A DNA stretch of 63,916 nucleotides, the filler included. It is 12 parts of 12 records of this genome, joined end to end, with 100 filler letters (N's around TTAATTAATTAA, not from the genome) between each part and the next. Parts side by side here need not be neighbours in the genome. Positions count along the whole stretch, not along the records: positions 23,937 to 29,189 come from SRR7504441_15161; positions 29,290 to 32,940 come from SRR7504441_15162; positions 33,041 to 37,739 come from SRR7504441_15164; 9 more parts are not named here. One strand, written 5' to 3'. Within the stretch, counting starts at the first letter, position 1. Every line of letters starts with the position of its first letter. Below, piece by piece: positions 24,757 through 36,200 of this stretch. Made by a program: the position numbers and the translations under genes. Below the pieces are notes generated by a model that was given only the letters and a program-made list of their open reading frames with translations, searched no databases and was not told the DNA's origin.

Positions 24757-25791
24757 ATGCCGCGCGAGGTCAAGATCGGGGACGACGCCAAGGAGGCACC
24801 GCAGTACTACCAGGCGCTTGCGGCCGATGCGCACCGTCTGACTGTACGGCAGGGGATCTTGCTCCCCGCGGTGCTCTGCCGGCCTAAAGCAGTCCGCGGG
24901 CTGTGCCATCAGCAGTTCACCGTCGAGACCGGCGACCGCGAGGATCACCTGTTCAGCGGGATCATGTTCGATATCCGGTGCTCGCCCCGGTTTCCGATCC
25001 AGAACATCGAGGTCTCGGCGCTCTGGGTGCGCGGCAGGCTCGGACCCGAACTGACCGTCTGGTATCGGCCGGGTGGCCACGGCGAGCGTGGAGGTGCCGG
25101 GTGGGCCTGCCTGCACCGGGCGGCGCACCTGCCGTCGTATGACGAGCTGGTGCGCGTGCCGCTGGACGAGCCGATTCTCCTCAAACCTGGGGAAGTGGCC
25201 GGGCTATATGTGCACTCCAATTCTGAGAGCGACGATGGGATAGTATACGATAACCAGCACGGGCAGACCACTTCGGACGATGGGGTGATCCAGCTGCTCC
25301 CGGGACTGGCGCACATCTCATCGCAGCCGTTTGGACGGAATGGCTATTGGGGTGGTTCAGCTTGGCGGCAGAATCGGCAGTTCGTAGGCCGAGTGGAGTA
25401 CGGTACGCGCTGGCTGCGCTGGAACCCGGAGGTGAATGATAACTTCCCGCCGAGCTTCCAGCTGGTGGCCCGGCACCTGTTTGCGGGGCTCAATCAGCCC
25501 GGGTGCGTGTTTGGGCGGCTCTCGGAGGAGTGCATGATGTTTATAATTAACAAAGTGCCGTGGAACGCATTTGGTGAGCAGATGGAGCCAGAACAGCCTG
25601 CTGCCGCCCAGCCCCCTAGTCAGCACGAGCACCCGGGCCTGGGTTCGTGGGCCTATGATTACGCGGGCTCTTCGGATGATTATGGGCATGCATTTGCGTG
25701 GGACGACGATAGTTCGGATGAGGAGGGCCAAAACCCAGCACAAGACGAGACGGATTCGGACACAACCGACGACGAGCCGGATTGGCCATGA
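24757..25791 (+). CDS. Hypothetical protein, 344 aa, intronless, acidic C-terminus
   Basis: Long ORF with strong GC3 bias, CCGTTA at 24695 upstream and an AT-rich 3' flank. Confidence 0.75.
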   Translation: MPREVKIGDDAKEAPQYYQALAADAHRLTVRQGILLPAVLCRPKAVRGLCHQQFTVETGDREDHLFSGIMFDIRCSPRFPIQNIEVSALWVRGRLGPELTVWYRPGGHGERGGAGWACLHRAAHLPSYDELVRVPLDEPILLKPGEVAGLYVHSNSESDDGIVYDNQHGQTTSDDGVIQLLPGLAHISSQPFGRNGYWGGSAWRQNRQFVGRVEYGTRWLRWNPEVNDNFPPSFQLVARHLFAGLNQPGCVFGRLSEECMMFIINKVPWNAFGEQMEPEQPAAAQPPSQHEHPGLGSWAYDYAGSSDDYGHAFAWDDDSSDEEGQNPAQDETDSDTTDDEPDWP

Positions 25792-26002
25792 AGATGACTC
25801 TAAAATTAAGATGCCAATGATGATGGCAACCTAAATGACCGCATGCCTAATTAATAAAGTAGCTATTATATTCGGATTCTTGTACACTCACTTACAATGT
25901 CATGTCAAGCTTGGACAATACTTGAAGGCTACTAAGTAGATTTGAACATTTACACTGCTTGTATGTGCACGTACGGCGGCGCGAGTATCCATCTGCCAGA
26001 GT

Positions 26003-26030
26003 CGGTTACGTCATAACGGATGTGTCCGTT
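26003..26030. promoter_or_regulatory. Cluster of Myb-type motifs upstream of katG
   Basis: CGGTTA 26003-26008, TAACGG 26014-26019 and CCGTT 26026-26030, about 40-65 nt before the ATG at 26069. Confidence 0.5.
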
Positions 26031-26068
26031 CGCCGGGACCAGAAGCCCTCCACCACAGCTCTACAGCC

Positions 26069-28180
26069 ATGGCCCAGACAGCAAGATGCCCGTTCTACAT
26101 GGACATGGCGCCCAAACCGCCGGCCCAGCTCAACCTCAAGGTGCTCCACCCGGTGACCAACTTCAGCGAGCAAAACTACGCCGAGGCCTTCAAGACGCTC
26201 GACCTTCCGGCGGTCAAGCAGGATTTGGTCACCCTGATGACCGACAGCAAGGAGTGGTGGCCGGCCGACTATGGGCACTACGGCCCGCTGATGATCCGGC
26301 TGGCCTGGCACTCGGCCGGCACCTACCGCACCTCGGATGGCCGCGGCGGGGCCAACTCGGGCAACATGCGATTCGCGCCGCTCAACTCGTGGCCGGACAA
26401 CGGCAACCTGGACAAGGCTCGCCGGCTGCTCTGGCCGGTCAAGAAGAAGTACGGGAACAAGCTCTCGTGGGGCGACCTGATGATCCTGGCCGGGAACGTG
26501 GCTCTGGAGGACATGGGGTTCGAGACCTTCGGGTTCGCCGGCGGACGTGTGGACATCTGGGAGAAGGAGGAGGACATCTACTGGGGGCCCGAGGACACCA
26601 TGCTGGCCGACGAGCGGCACCACGAGGGCCAGCTTGAGACCCCGCTCGGGGCCTCCCAGATGGGCCTGATCTACGTCAACCCCGAGGGCCCGGGTGGCAA
26701 CCCTGATCCTCAGGCGGCAGCCGATGCGATCCGGGTCACCTTCGGCCGGATGGCCATGAACGACGAGGAGTCGGTCGCGCTCATCGCCGGCGGGCACACC
26801 TTCGGCAAGGCGCACGGGGCGGCACCCGGCAGCCACCAGGGCCCTGCGCCCGAGGGCGGCAAGATCGAGGATCAAGGCTTTGGCTGGAACTCTGACCACG
26901 GGAGCGGCAAGGGGGTGGACACGATCACCAGCGGGCTGGAGGGGGCCTGGACCGCCGAGCCGACCAAGTGGGACAACGGCTACTTCGAGAACCTGTTCAA
27001 GTACGAGTGGGAGAAGACCACCTCACCGGGAGGAGCTACCCAGTGGAAGCCAACTGACCCGGCCGCCGACGGGCTGGTGCCGGACGCGCACGACGCCAAC
27101 CAGCGGCACCCGCCGATGATGTTCACCACCGACTTGGCGCTCCGGACTGACCCTTCTTACCTGGAGATCTCAAAGCGGTTCCGTGAGCATCCGGACCAGT
27201 TCAAGGATGCTTTTGCACGCGCCTGGTACAAGCTGACACACCGGGACATGGGCCCGATCTCGCGCTGCCTCGGGCCGGAGGTGGCCCCGGAGCAGCTCTG
27301 GCAAGACCCGGTCCCCAAGCACGAAGGCGGGCTGGTGAGTGATGCCGAGATTGCGGAGCTCAAGCAGCTCGCGAGCAAGGCAGCGCCCGGACCGCAGCTG
27401 ATCCGGACCGCCTGGGCCGCGGCCGCATGCTTCCGAGTGACCGACTTCCGTGGCGGGGCTAATGGGGCCCGGCTCCGCCTGGCGCCCCAGAAGGACTGGG
27501 AGGTCAACAACCCGGCCGAGCTGGCTGAGGTGCTTGCCAAGCTTGAGCAGCTCCAGGCAGAGTTCAACGGCAGCCACCAGAACAAAATATCGCTCGCCGA
27601 CATGATCGTGCTCGCAGGCTCGGCCGCAGTCGAGGCCGCCGCCGCCAAGGCCGGGCAGAGCGTGAGTGTGCCAGTGCGGCCGGGGAGGACGGATGCCTCG
27701 CAGGAGCAGACCGACGTCGAGTCGTTCGGGGTGCTCGAGCCGAGTTCGGACGGGTTCCGGAACTTCAACGCCACCATGCACCAGCTGGTCGACAGGGCCC
27801 AGCTGCTCGGGCTCTCGGCCACGGAGATGACCGTGCTGGTCGGCGGGCTGCGCGTGCTCAACGCCAACCACTCTGAGTCGCCGCTGGGAGTGTTCACCAA
27901 CAACCCGGAGGCGCTCACCAACGATTTCTTCGCCAACCTGTTCGACATGTCGGTCAGCTGGGAGCGATCGGCCGCGTGCGAGCACCTGTTTGAGGGCAAG
28001 TGCATGCAGTCCGGCGAGGTCAAGTGGCGTGGGACTGAGGTAGACCTGATGTTCGGATCCAACGCGGAGCTGCGCGCGATCGGCGAGTACTATGCGTGCG
28101 ACGACGCCCAGGAGAAGTTCGTGAACGACTTTGTGGCCGCCTGGTGCAAAGTGATGGACAACGACCGATTCGAGCTCTAA
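26069..28180 (+). CDS. katG: Catalase-peroxidase, intronless
   Basis: [43 protein letters not shown] (Met-Tyr-Trp adduct residues), [22 protein letters not shown], duplicated C-terminal domain. Confidence 0.98.
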   Translation: MAQTARCPFYMDMAPKPPAQLNLKVLHPVTNFSEQNYAEAFKTLDLPAVKQDLVTLMTDSKEWWPADYGHYGPLMIRLAWHSAGTYRTSDGRGGANSGNMRFAPLNSWPDNGNLDKARRLLWPVKKKYGNKLSWGDLMILAGNVALEDMGFETFGFAGGRVDIWEKEEDIYWGPEDTMLADERHHEGQLETPLGASQMGLIYVNPEGPGGNPDPQAAADAIRVTFGRMAMNDEESVALIAGGHTFGKAHGAAPGSHQGPAPEGGKIEDQGFGWNSDHGSGKGVDTITSGLEGAWTAEPTKWDNGYFENLFKYEWEKTTSPGGATQWKPTDPAADGLVPDAHDANQRHPPMMFTTDLALRTDPSYLEISKRFREHPDQFKDAFARAWYKLTHRDMGPISRCLGPEVAPEQLWQDPVPKHEGGLVSDAEIAELKQLASKAAPGPQLIRTAWAAAACFRVTDFRGGANGARLRLAPQKDWEVNNPAELAEVLAKLEQLQAEFNGSHQNKISLADMIVLAGSAAVEAAAAKAGQSVSVPVRPGRTDASQEQTDVESFGVLEPSSDGFRNFNATMHQLVDRAQLLGLSATEMTVLVGGLRVLNANHSESPLGVFTNNPEALTNDFFANLFDMSVSWERSAACEHLFEGKCMQSGEVKWRGTEVDLMFGSNAELRAIGEYYACDDAQEKFVNDFVAAWCKVMDNDRFEL

Positions 28181-28591
28181 GACCGGTTGCCTCCCTTAGG
28201 CATTGATCAACACTCGAGCAGCAAAGACAATATGTCAGAGGCTCTTCCAACACTTACTCACGCCAAACTAAAATATAACAATCCATGTCGCAGCACTCCA
28301 TGTGTTGGACAACATTTATTGTGGATGCATTGGCGGAGCGGTCATGACCATTTCATGACTATTATCATGATAATATATCATGATACATAATGTATGGAAC
28401 TAGTTAAGTTATTTTAACAAAAAGCCTAATCTCGAATAGTTATGCAGTCAACACTATTTGATTGTTTGAACTGACTGTTGTCTATTTCTAAAGTAACCCA
28501 TAACCTTTGGCACGTCCAGAAGAGCCTACTACTGCCTGCAGATCTGCGGAACCTCCGCACACAAGCGTGGCTCAGCTACATCACGAATACA

Positions 28592-29189
28592 TCACGGAGA
28601 GCCCTCCTCCGAAGACAAGACCTCACTGATCCTGGCCTCCTTTCAGCCCACCCACTGGCCCTGCACACCTGCGTATGTCTTGCTTGAGCTTGGGGCTCAT
28701 CAGCAGATCGTCCGGTACCAGGTCGTCCATGCTGTTGGTCGCGCCCGCCTGGGCCAGTGGCGACATGCAATCGAGCAGCTCGTCAGTGGGCGGTGAAGTC
28801 GGCGAGGCAGCTTCCCTCGCCTCCCTCTCCGCCTTTTCCTTCCAATAGTCGTTCCACTCGCGCTCTTTATCAAACTGGAGCTGCTCGCTGGTCTTGGTCT
28901 GCATGTCGCCCAGCATGGCCTTACAGAATGTCTGCAGGCTGTCCGCGATCTCCTGGCCTTCCAGGGTGCGGAACTGGTAAACTTGCCGCCGTTGCTTGGC
29001 CCGGTGCTGTCCCGAGGTAGGGCTGCATCCCTCTCAGTCTGCGGCCGGATGGGCCACCACCTGCGTATCGGGTCCTCCGCCATCTCCACCAGCCTGAAAT
29101 AGTCCTTGGACTGGCCCCAGCCGAGCACTGCGAAGTAGCTCATCGTCCGGATCGGTCGGTCCCCGTCCCGCAGCCCGTTCTTGCGCACC
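28592..29189 (-). CDS. C-terminal part of a protein with a FERM C-lobe/PH-like domain (2 introns)
   Basis: Spliced translation IRTMSYFAVLGWGQSKDYFRLV..VYQFRTLEGQEIADSLQTFCKAML resembles the F3 lobe of FERM domains (F.T..GEEI). TGA at 28592-28594. Confidence 0.55.
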
Positions 29190-29289
29190 NNNNNNNNNNN
29201 NNNNNNNNNNNNNNNNNNNNNNNNNNNNNNNNNTTAATTAATTAANNNNNNNNNNNNNNNNNNNNNNNNNNNNNNNNNNNNNNNNNNNN

Positions 29290-29577
29290 GGGCTTGTTGA
29301 ATTCCATGCGTACGGCACTGCTGTTAAGAGGATGGACCAAGCGAGTAGAATAAGCAATCGGTCAGAGATGCTTCACCCGCAGGCGTATATGGTTGCTCGC
29401 AAGGCATTGACCGAGGTTGATGGTGGGAGGCATGTCGGAGGAGACGGCGGAGGATCGGGCGCTGCCAAACAAGCACAAAATTCCAGCGTGTCCTCGGCTC
29501 AGGCCGAGGCGGGATGGAAGGGGATATCAGTTGTTTTGGGCGTGATTCTCAAGCTGCTCTTTCCGGGCCGCAAGTGA
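29290..29577 (+). CDS. 3' end of an unidentified protein
   Basis: Open frame from the contig edge to TGA 29577, with a possible in-frame GC-AG intron. No confident domain. Confidence 0.35.
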   Translation, partial: GLVEFHAYGTAVKRMDQASRISNRSEMLHPQAYMVARKALTEVDGGRHVGGDGGGSGAAKQAQNSSVSSAQAEAGWKGISVVLGVILKLLFPGRK

Positions 29578-29818
29578 GGTACAAGTGAGGCTAGCTATTG
29601 CACCAGTTGTGACGTTGTGAGCAGAGATGTATCATTGCATCTGATTCAACATAATATTGTAGACGCTCTGGCTTGCTCTGAGGACTCCCACTTTACTCCC
29701 ACTTAAATAGTTTATTCCGCACAAAAGGTTTAACTTCACGCTGTATAGTGACGTCCTCGAGTTCCGTTACAACTGCGACGACCGAGATCGAGGGCATCCC
29801 ACGACCAGAGAACCAGCC

Positions 29819-31222
29819 ATGGAGTCCTACAAGATGCTCATAAACGGCGAATTGGTGGAGGCGCCGACCACGTTCGGGGTGACCAACCCGTCCACCGGCG
29901 AAGTGTTCGCGCAGGTCCCGGACGTCACGCAGGAGCAGGCGGACCAGGCGGTGGCGGCTGCGAAGGAGGCGTTCAAGGGCTGGAAGAACACCACTCACGA
30001 GGAGCGCAAGGCCGTGCTGGCGAAGCTGATCGAAGTGACTGGGGCCAACATGGCGGGGCTGTGCAGCTGCCTCGTCCGCGAGCAGGGCAAGCCGATGTCG
30101 GGTGCGCAATTCGAAGTGGGCGGCTGCTGCGCGTTCCTGCAGGGATTTAGTGACCTGAAGGTCGAGGACACGGTGATCGTGGACAACGAGACCGAGAAGG
30201 TGATCGAGATGCACGTGCCGCTCGGTGTGGTCGCCGGGATCGTGCCCTGGAACTTTCCATTAATGATGGCCGTGTGGAAGATCGGGGAGGCTCTAATGAC
30301 GGGCAATACGATCGTCATCAAAACCTCGCCCTTCACCCCACTCGTTACTAACATGTGGGCGGAGCTCGTCGCGGAGCACATCCCCAAGGGTGTCGTCAAC
30401 ATCATCAGTGGAGGCAACGACGCCGGCGCGTGGCTCGTGAATCACCCAGACGTCGCCAAGATCAGCTTCACGGGCAGCGTGGCCACTGGCAAGAAGATCC
30501 AGGCAGCCGCCGCCGCTACTCTCAAGCATGTCACCCTTGAGCTTGGAGGGAATGATGCTGCTTTCGTTTTGGACGATGCAAAGCCTGCGGAGGTGGCCCC
30601 CCAAATCCTCCAGCATGCGATGGCCAACTCCGGACAAGTGTGCATTGCTGTCAAGCGATGCTACGTCCCGAGGAGCCAGTATGACGAGTACATCTCGGCC
30701 TTCAAAGAGGCGGCGGCTGGCTGCAAGGTGGGCGATGGGTTCGAGGAGGGTGTCACGATGGGGCCTCTGAACAATAAGATGCAATTCGACAAGGTGAACG
30801 AGCTCATTGAGGACGCCAAAGCCAACGGGGCCAAGATCGAGGCCGGGGGAGCCGCGCTCGATCGTCCGGGCTTCTTCATCCCGCCCACGGTCTTCAGCAA
30901 TGTCACTGACGGCATGAGGATTGTGGACGAGGAGCAGTTTGGGCCTGTCTTGCCAGTCATCCCTTACGACAACGAAGACGAGTGCTTGGACAGGGTCAAC
31001 GCCAGCCTCCTCGGTCTGGGCGGTTCGGTGTGGGGCGAACCTGAGCATGCTGCCAAGATTGCGGCTCAGATCGACTCTGGGACTGTTTGGGTGAATAGTC
31101 ACATGACTCTCTCACCGGATGTTGCATTTGGAGGGCGGAAGGAGTCAGGTTATGGGCGCCAGATGGGTAGCGGCACCATCGCGGGATACACTGATACCAA
31201 AGTCATTCGGATACCCAAGTAA
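29819..31222 (+). CDS. NAD(P)-dependent aldehyde dehydrogenase, intronless, bacterial-like
   Basis: PWNFP, FTGSVATG, LELGGND, NSGQVC (catalytic Cys), EEQFGPVLP, FGGRKESGYGR. CCGTTA at 29764 upstream. Confidence 0.97.
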   Translation: MESYKMLINGELVEAPTTFGVTNPSTGEVFAQVPDVTQEQADQAVAAAKEAFKGWKNTTHEERKAVLAKLIEVTGANMAGLCSCLVREQGKPMSGAQFEVGGCCAFLQGFSDLKVEDTVIVDNETEKVIEMHVPLGVVAGIVPWNFPLMMAVWKIGEALMTGNTIVIKTSPFTPLVTNMWAELVAEHIPKGVVNIISGGNDAGAWLVNHPDVAKISFTGSVATGKKIQAAAAATLKHVTLELGGNDAAFVLDDAKPAEVAPQILQHAMANSGQVCIAVKRCYVPRSQYDEYISAFKEAAAGCKVGDGFEEGVTMGPLNNKMQFDKVNELIEDAKANGAKIEAGGAALDRPGFFIPPTVFSNVTDGMRIVDEEQFGPVLPVIPYDNEDECLDRVNASLLGLGGSVWGEPEHAAKIAAQIDSGTVWVNSHMTLSPDVAFGGRKESGYGRQMGSGTIAGYTDTKVIRIPK

Positions 31223-31333
31223 TACCGTTTGGCAATAGGATAGTGGATGTGATGCACACAGAACAATTATCACAATTGAATATTTAAATCTAAGTGAGTC
31301 AATCGCAATTGAAATTCATCACTTAGTCACCAC

Positions 31334-31867
31334 TCATATCACGACCGGCATGTCGACAACTGTTAGATTAAGCTCTTCGTCTTGGTCTGGCCCTGAAGCA
31401 ATCAGCCCCATGGTTGGCAGTTCGTCATGTGGCTTGCTCAATTTGAAGTCTTCATCTGTGAAGACTTCAGCGGCGGTGAGAGAATCTTTGCTCTCGTTGT
31501 GATCAGCAATCGATTCGCGCATCCGTGCACAATCGAGTGCAAGTCTCCAATGTGCAACTTTGACGCACTGTGCAAGTCTATCCACGATTGTGTCAAAGTT
31601 TGGCCGCTCAATGGGGTTCTCTTTAAAGCAGTCGGTTAGTATGTGTACAACATCATCCGGTGGAGAGCCCCATGGCCCGTCCAGCTCACCTCGCTCGAGC
31701 ACTGTGGGTGCCAAGTCCCCGGAGCGGGCCGCGTGCAGCTCGGCCACCAGCAACGGGATGAAAAACTCCCACAGCCGGTCAGCGGCGCAGCGCAGCGCGT
31801 GGATGGCGTACAGACGGCGCCTAATGACACCTCGGGTGTACTCAGACGTGTATAGCTCTTTGGGCAT
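31334..31867 (-). pseudogene. Chimeric ORF: ferroportin-like N-terminus joined to the C-terminal end of a protein kinase
   Basis: RRRLYAIHALRCAADRLWEFFIPLLVAEL (ferroportin TM1-2-like), then a GTGAG donor at 31689, then PDDVVHILTDCFKENPIERPNFDTIVDRL (kinase subdomain XI-like). GC content drops across the junction. Confidence 0.55.
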
Positions 31868-31931
31868 CTCCGCAGCCCGAAGCCGTTCGGTGGGCAAAAC
31901 TAACGGACAATCAGTGTGCTGGGGCCCCGCG

Positions 31932-32940
31932 ATGGCGGGCCGGGCCGTCACACTGGAGCACGTGCTGGCGCACTCTAACGCCTACGACATCCTGGGGCTG
32001 CCCCGCCGGGCCTCGCTCAGCGAGATCAAGGCCGCTTACCGCGAGCTCTCCCGGGCGCTGCACCCGGATAAGAACCAGCACCCGCAGGCGACCGAGGCCT
32101 TCCAGGCGCCTCATCCCTCCGCCTCGCCCTGACCCCCCGCCGCTACAGAAGCTGCAACACGCGCACGAGCGCCTGCAGGATCCACTCAAACGGTGCGGTG
32201 GCCGGCCTTAGAGCTGCCAGCCCGGGCGCAGGCACCTAGAGGCCGAGCAGAAGGCCCATCACTCGCCGTGCTCGCCGGATGCGTACCAATCAGCCCGGAG
32301 TACCGCAGAGGACCTGCTCCGACAGGCCAAGCAGTCAACTGAGCCGCGAAAGGCCCCGCCGCCGCCACGCGGGGCAGCGCCGCCTCGCCCGGCCAAGCGG
32401 GCCGGCCGAAGGTCGAGCTTTCAGCGGGAGCGGGACATGCCAGCCGCCGGCCGGCGGTCTGCCGATCCCGGGGGCAACGGGACCGGCTCGGAGCAGCAAG
32501 ACGAGCTCGAGCTGCTCCGGGAGGAATTGGGCGAGGCCAAGAAGCGGACGGAAGCAGTGGAGACGGCGGCCAGGCTGGAGCTGGATGCCGCCTGGGACAA
32601 GCAGTACGCGGCCGAGCAGGCGGCCAAGCAGGCCAAGCAGGCGCTGGCTGAGCGTACGGCCGAGCTGGATATGCTGCGGAGCAAGGGGTGCCTGGAGGAT
32701 GAGCTGGACACGCTGCGGGCCGAGAAGCAGGCGGTGGCCACAGAGGCGAGCGGGCAGCTGGCCGACCTGGAGGGCAAGCTGGAGCGGGCCGAGCATGAGC
32801 TCCGGCAGGCCGAGCAGCAGGCCGAGCAGCTTAGAGCGCAGCTGGCCGAAGCGAGGGGCGACACGGAGGGGGCGCGCGGGGCGGCGACCGCGGAGATCGG
32901 GTCGCTGAAACAGCAGCTGGCTGAGGCGAGGGGCGACGCT
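31932..32940 (+). CDS. J-domain (DnaJ) protein with C-terminal coiled coil, 3' partial
   Basis: NAYDILGL..EIKAAYRELSRALHPDKN..AFQ|KLQHAHERLQDP. Needs GC-AG intron 32106-32148 and a second GT-AG intron. Confidence 0.88.
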
Positions 32941-33248
32941 NNNNNNNNNNNNNNNNNNNNNNNNNNNNNNNNNNNNNNNNNNNNTTAATTAATTAANNNN
33001 NNNNNNNNNNNNNNNNNNNNNNNNNNNNNNNNNNNNNNNNCTTGGTTTAGTTGCGAGTTGCTTTATTAAAAGCGGCTTATACTTTTAAACCTAGCGCTCG
33101 AGAGTCGCTGTCCTCGGATACCGGGACAAGCATGATGTCCCCATGTATTGTCTTTAATCTAACCTGACTCTAGACACTATGGAACACACCTGACTATACA
33201 CCGCTTCGCGACTCCCCCCCGGAACTTGGATTATTATTATTCATCGAG

Positions 33249-36200
33249 TTATTTACTCGCAGCCTTTTTCGGCCAAGTGATGTACGGCTCGGCTAGGGAC
33301 CCCTCCTTATTAAAGTATTTCTGTTTCAGCACCTCTTTATAGAACTTTGCGGCAACATCGCCCGGCCTGTGGAGAAGTATGTGCGCCATCACATCTTGGA
33401 CTATAGGATCCTGGATCACTCATGTCAGATACGCATGCAGGCCGATGCAAGCACCCGGCACTTGTGATATCGTTTGATTAGGTCCTCAGATTCGAACGAC
33501 ATAAACTTCAAGACTTGGTGGCCCAGCTGCCGCCGCGCAATTACACGGCCAGCCACTCCAAGGAAGGGCAGGCCAACACAGCCAGCAGCTACCTCATCTA
33601 CGACCTCGTCCACATCACCATCCGAGAGCCCAGAGGAATTGTCCTGGCTGACTGCAAAGAATTTCTTGATTTGCAATATGTCGGCATCAATCAGTTCATA
33701 GTCACCCACATCAAACCATCGGTTAGGGCCTGCAACAAGCGTTGGGTGGGTTGCAACAGCCAGGCTCACCGCCGTAGTAAAGAACCCGCCGCATCTGAGA
33801 CATAACGGACTTAAGCAAACCAAACAAAAACGGGTACATCACCTGCCCTGAGCCGTTAGCGTACGTCAAGCCAACTCTGAGGATATATTGCAAATAGAGT
33901 GGCGGGCAAGCACCATTTCGTCTAGATGGTCATAGTATTCGCCCAGCGAATGGTTGAGTGCGTTATACACCGTAGTAGAGAATCGGCTCTCGGTCACTGT
34001 CATGTCTGTCCACAACGCTAGCAGCAGGCAGCGGGGTACAATAAACCGGGCGGCTTCTGCACATATAGCTGCTCAAACTCGACGGCCATGTCATAGAATA
34101 CGATCCGGTTGGCTACGTTGTTGCACGCCTCCTGCAGGTCGTCGTGCAGGTCATTCTCAATGTCTTGGAACGCGGTGCTCAGAATCTCTTCAACTTTGCT
34201 GTTCAGGTTCGGATCATTTGGAAATTCATTGGCTGTCGACATTTAACAGTGAGCACCAGGCCTGGCGCTGGGTTGGGGCGCCTGTGGCATCGCACGTGGC
34301 TTTCATCACGCTGCGCATCTCGTCAAGGTGCTCGATTGCGCCTTGCAGGTTGTTGAGGCACATGGCCAGTTTCCTGATCTGATTTGACTGCTCTTGCTCC
34401 GAGGCCTGCCACATGACACTCACGCTACAGCTGCCCCAGGGCCACCTGGGCTTGAACTCCGCCCGGTGAAGAGCAAGGTCGACCTTCTGTGTCTAAGATC
34501 GGAGGTGGCTCTGTCAGCTCCTCGCCTGCAAGGCCGATCAGCAGCTAGTGCTAAGAGGTGGTTACCGCCCCCGAAGCGACCCGACTTGAGCACGCGTTTG
34601 AAGGCGTGTCTGGGTGGCTCGAGCACCACGCCGACAATGTTCTTGATGTGCGTGCAGTAGTCGTTCACAGCCGGTGTGATGCATTCCATCTCAAACCTCT
34701 GCGAGTCCCAGATACACTGCGGCAGCCTCACTCCAAAGAACTTCTCTATCGAAGCGGTCAGGAAAGTGAACACATCTTGGACCGAAGAGCTCCAGCTGTT
34801 CCTGCCAGACTTCTCCCAGGTCTCCTCAGCGAACACTCGTGGGATCAGAGCCTCGATCTTCTGGGTCTCCACCGTGATAAAATCGTCGAGCATCCGTTGG
34901 GACCAACGCATCGTGTCTAGTCCGAGGTGGCACTCGCCCTGAGCGTACGCGCGGAGGGCGATCTCAAACTGCTGCAGCCGGCGAAGCAGCCTGAGCAGCT
35001 GCTCGTTGTGCACGGAGTACTGTCGGGCCAGAGCTGCCGAGTTCTCTGAGTTGGAGAAGAACACGTCTTGCTCCAGAATAAACTCATTCAGCGCTTGACC
35101 GATCGCCTCCACGAATGGCGTGCAGTTACCTTCAGCCAGGACAGAGTCAATTGGCTCTAGCAGGCACGGCTGGGCACCCTGGCTTAGGGCTCCGAAGAGG
35201 GACGAGTCGCAGTATTTGCTCACGTTTGCTTCAAGGCAGTCGACAAAACTGACTGCGTTGAGGATCCGCATATCGTGAAGGGACAGGTCGTGCATACTCT
35301 GGCCTTCACCCACAGCCTCCTCTTTGGCCTCCTCTTTGCTCTCCTGCATCACACGCATGGCCGCTTGCAGCAGAATCACTGCGCGCTCGTCATCCTGCAT
35401 GCACAATCAGTGCTCTAACCCAGCCGCAGCGCACCTCAGTGTGAGGACTGGGCCGGCCCATCAGGCTGGCCGCGTCTTCGGTGGACGCGAAATCTAAATG
35501 GGCCTCAAGCAGCTGCTCCACGTCGCGAGCTCCCCAGCCCATGGCCACCAGCTCGCTCTGCAACCGGGTCAAGTCCCGGCCAGGTGCACACTCCACCTCC
35601 GACGCGGCGAGCACCGCGATTGTTTGGCTGACTAGCTGAGAGAGCACGCTCTCCCTGTAGAGTAAGGACATTTGAGTCGAGAGCACGGCGCCCGGCTCGA
35701 TGTCGGCCTCGAGGGCCTGGTCCAAGTAGCTGTACATTCGGACAAGGAATCCGGCGTCGTGGTACTTGAGGTACTGATCGAACTCGACCTTGGCGTGACA
35801 CAGTGCATGCAAGTCCGGAGAAATCCCGAGCACCGTGCACACAGCGCCCCGGTACGCTGCAATTGCTACATCGCCCTCGTCGATCATAGTGCCTAGCAGC
35901 AGGTGAGCGGGTGGTCGGGCCATGCACAGACCGTCCTCGTCTTCGCTGTTCTGATAGAGGATGGTGAGCATGTGCTGGTAGAGCAACACATTCAGCGGCC
36001 ACTCGACCACTAGCCAGTTCCTGCCACGAGGGTGTGCCCAAGCCAACAGCCATGCCCACCGGCCCTCGGTGAATCCATCCTCGGACCAGACGTCTAGCAG
36101 CCGGAAGCAGCAATGGCAGTACGCAGCAAAATCGTCCCTGCAGCATTGTACAGTCACTACCAGAGCCAATCCGGATCCACCGTGCATCGATCAGGTCTTG

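Noticed and set aside
26006-28062. Long antisense ORFs over katG (also over ALDH, DNase II and others)
   Set aside because: Shadow ORFs expected from high GC3 codon bias, with no recognisable domains.
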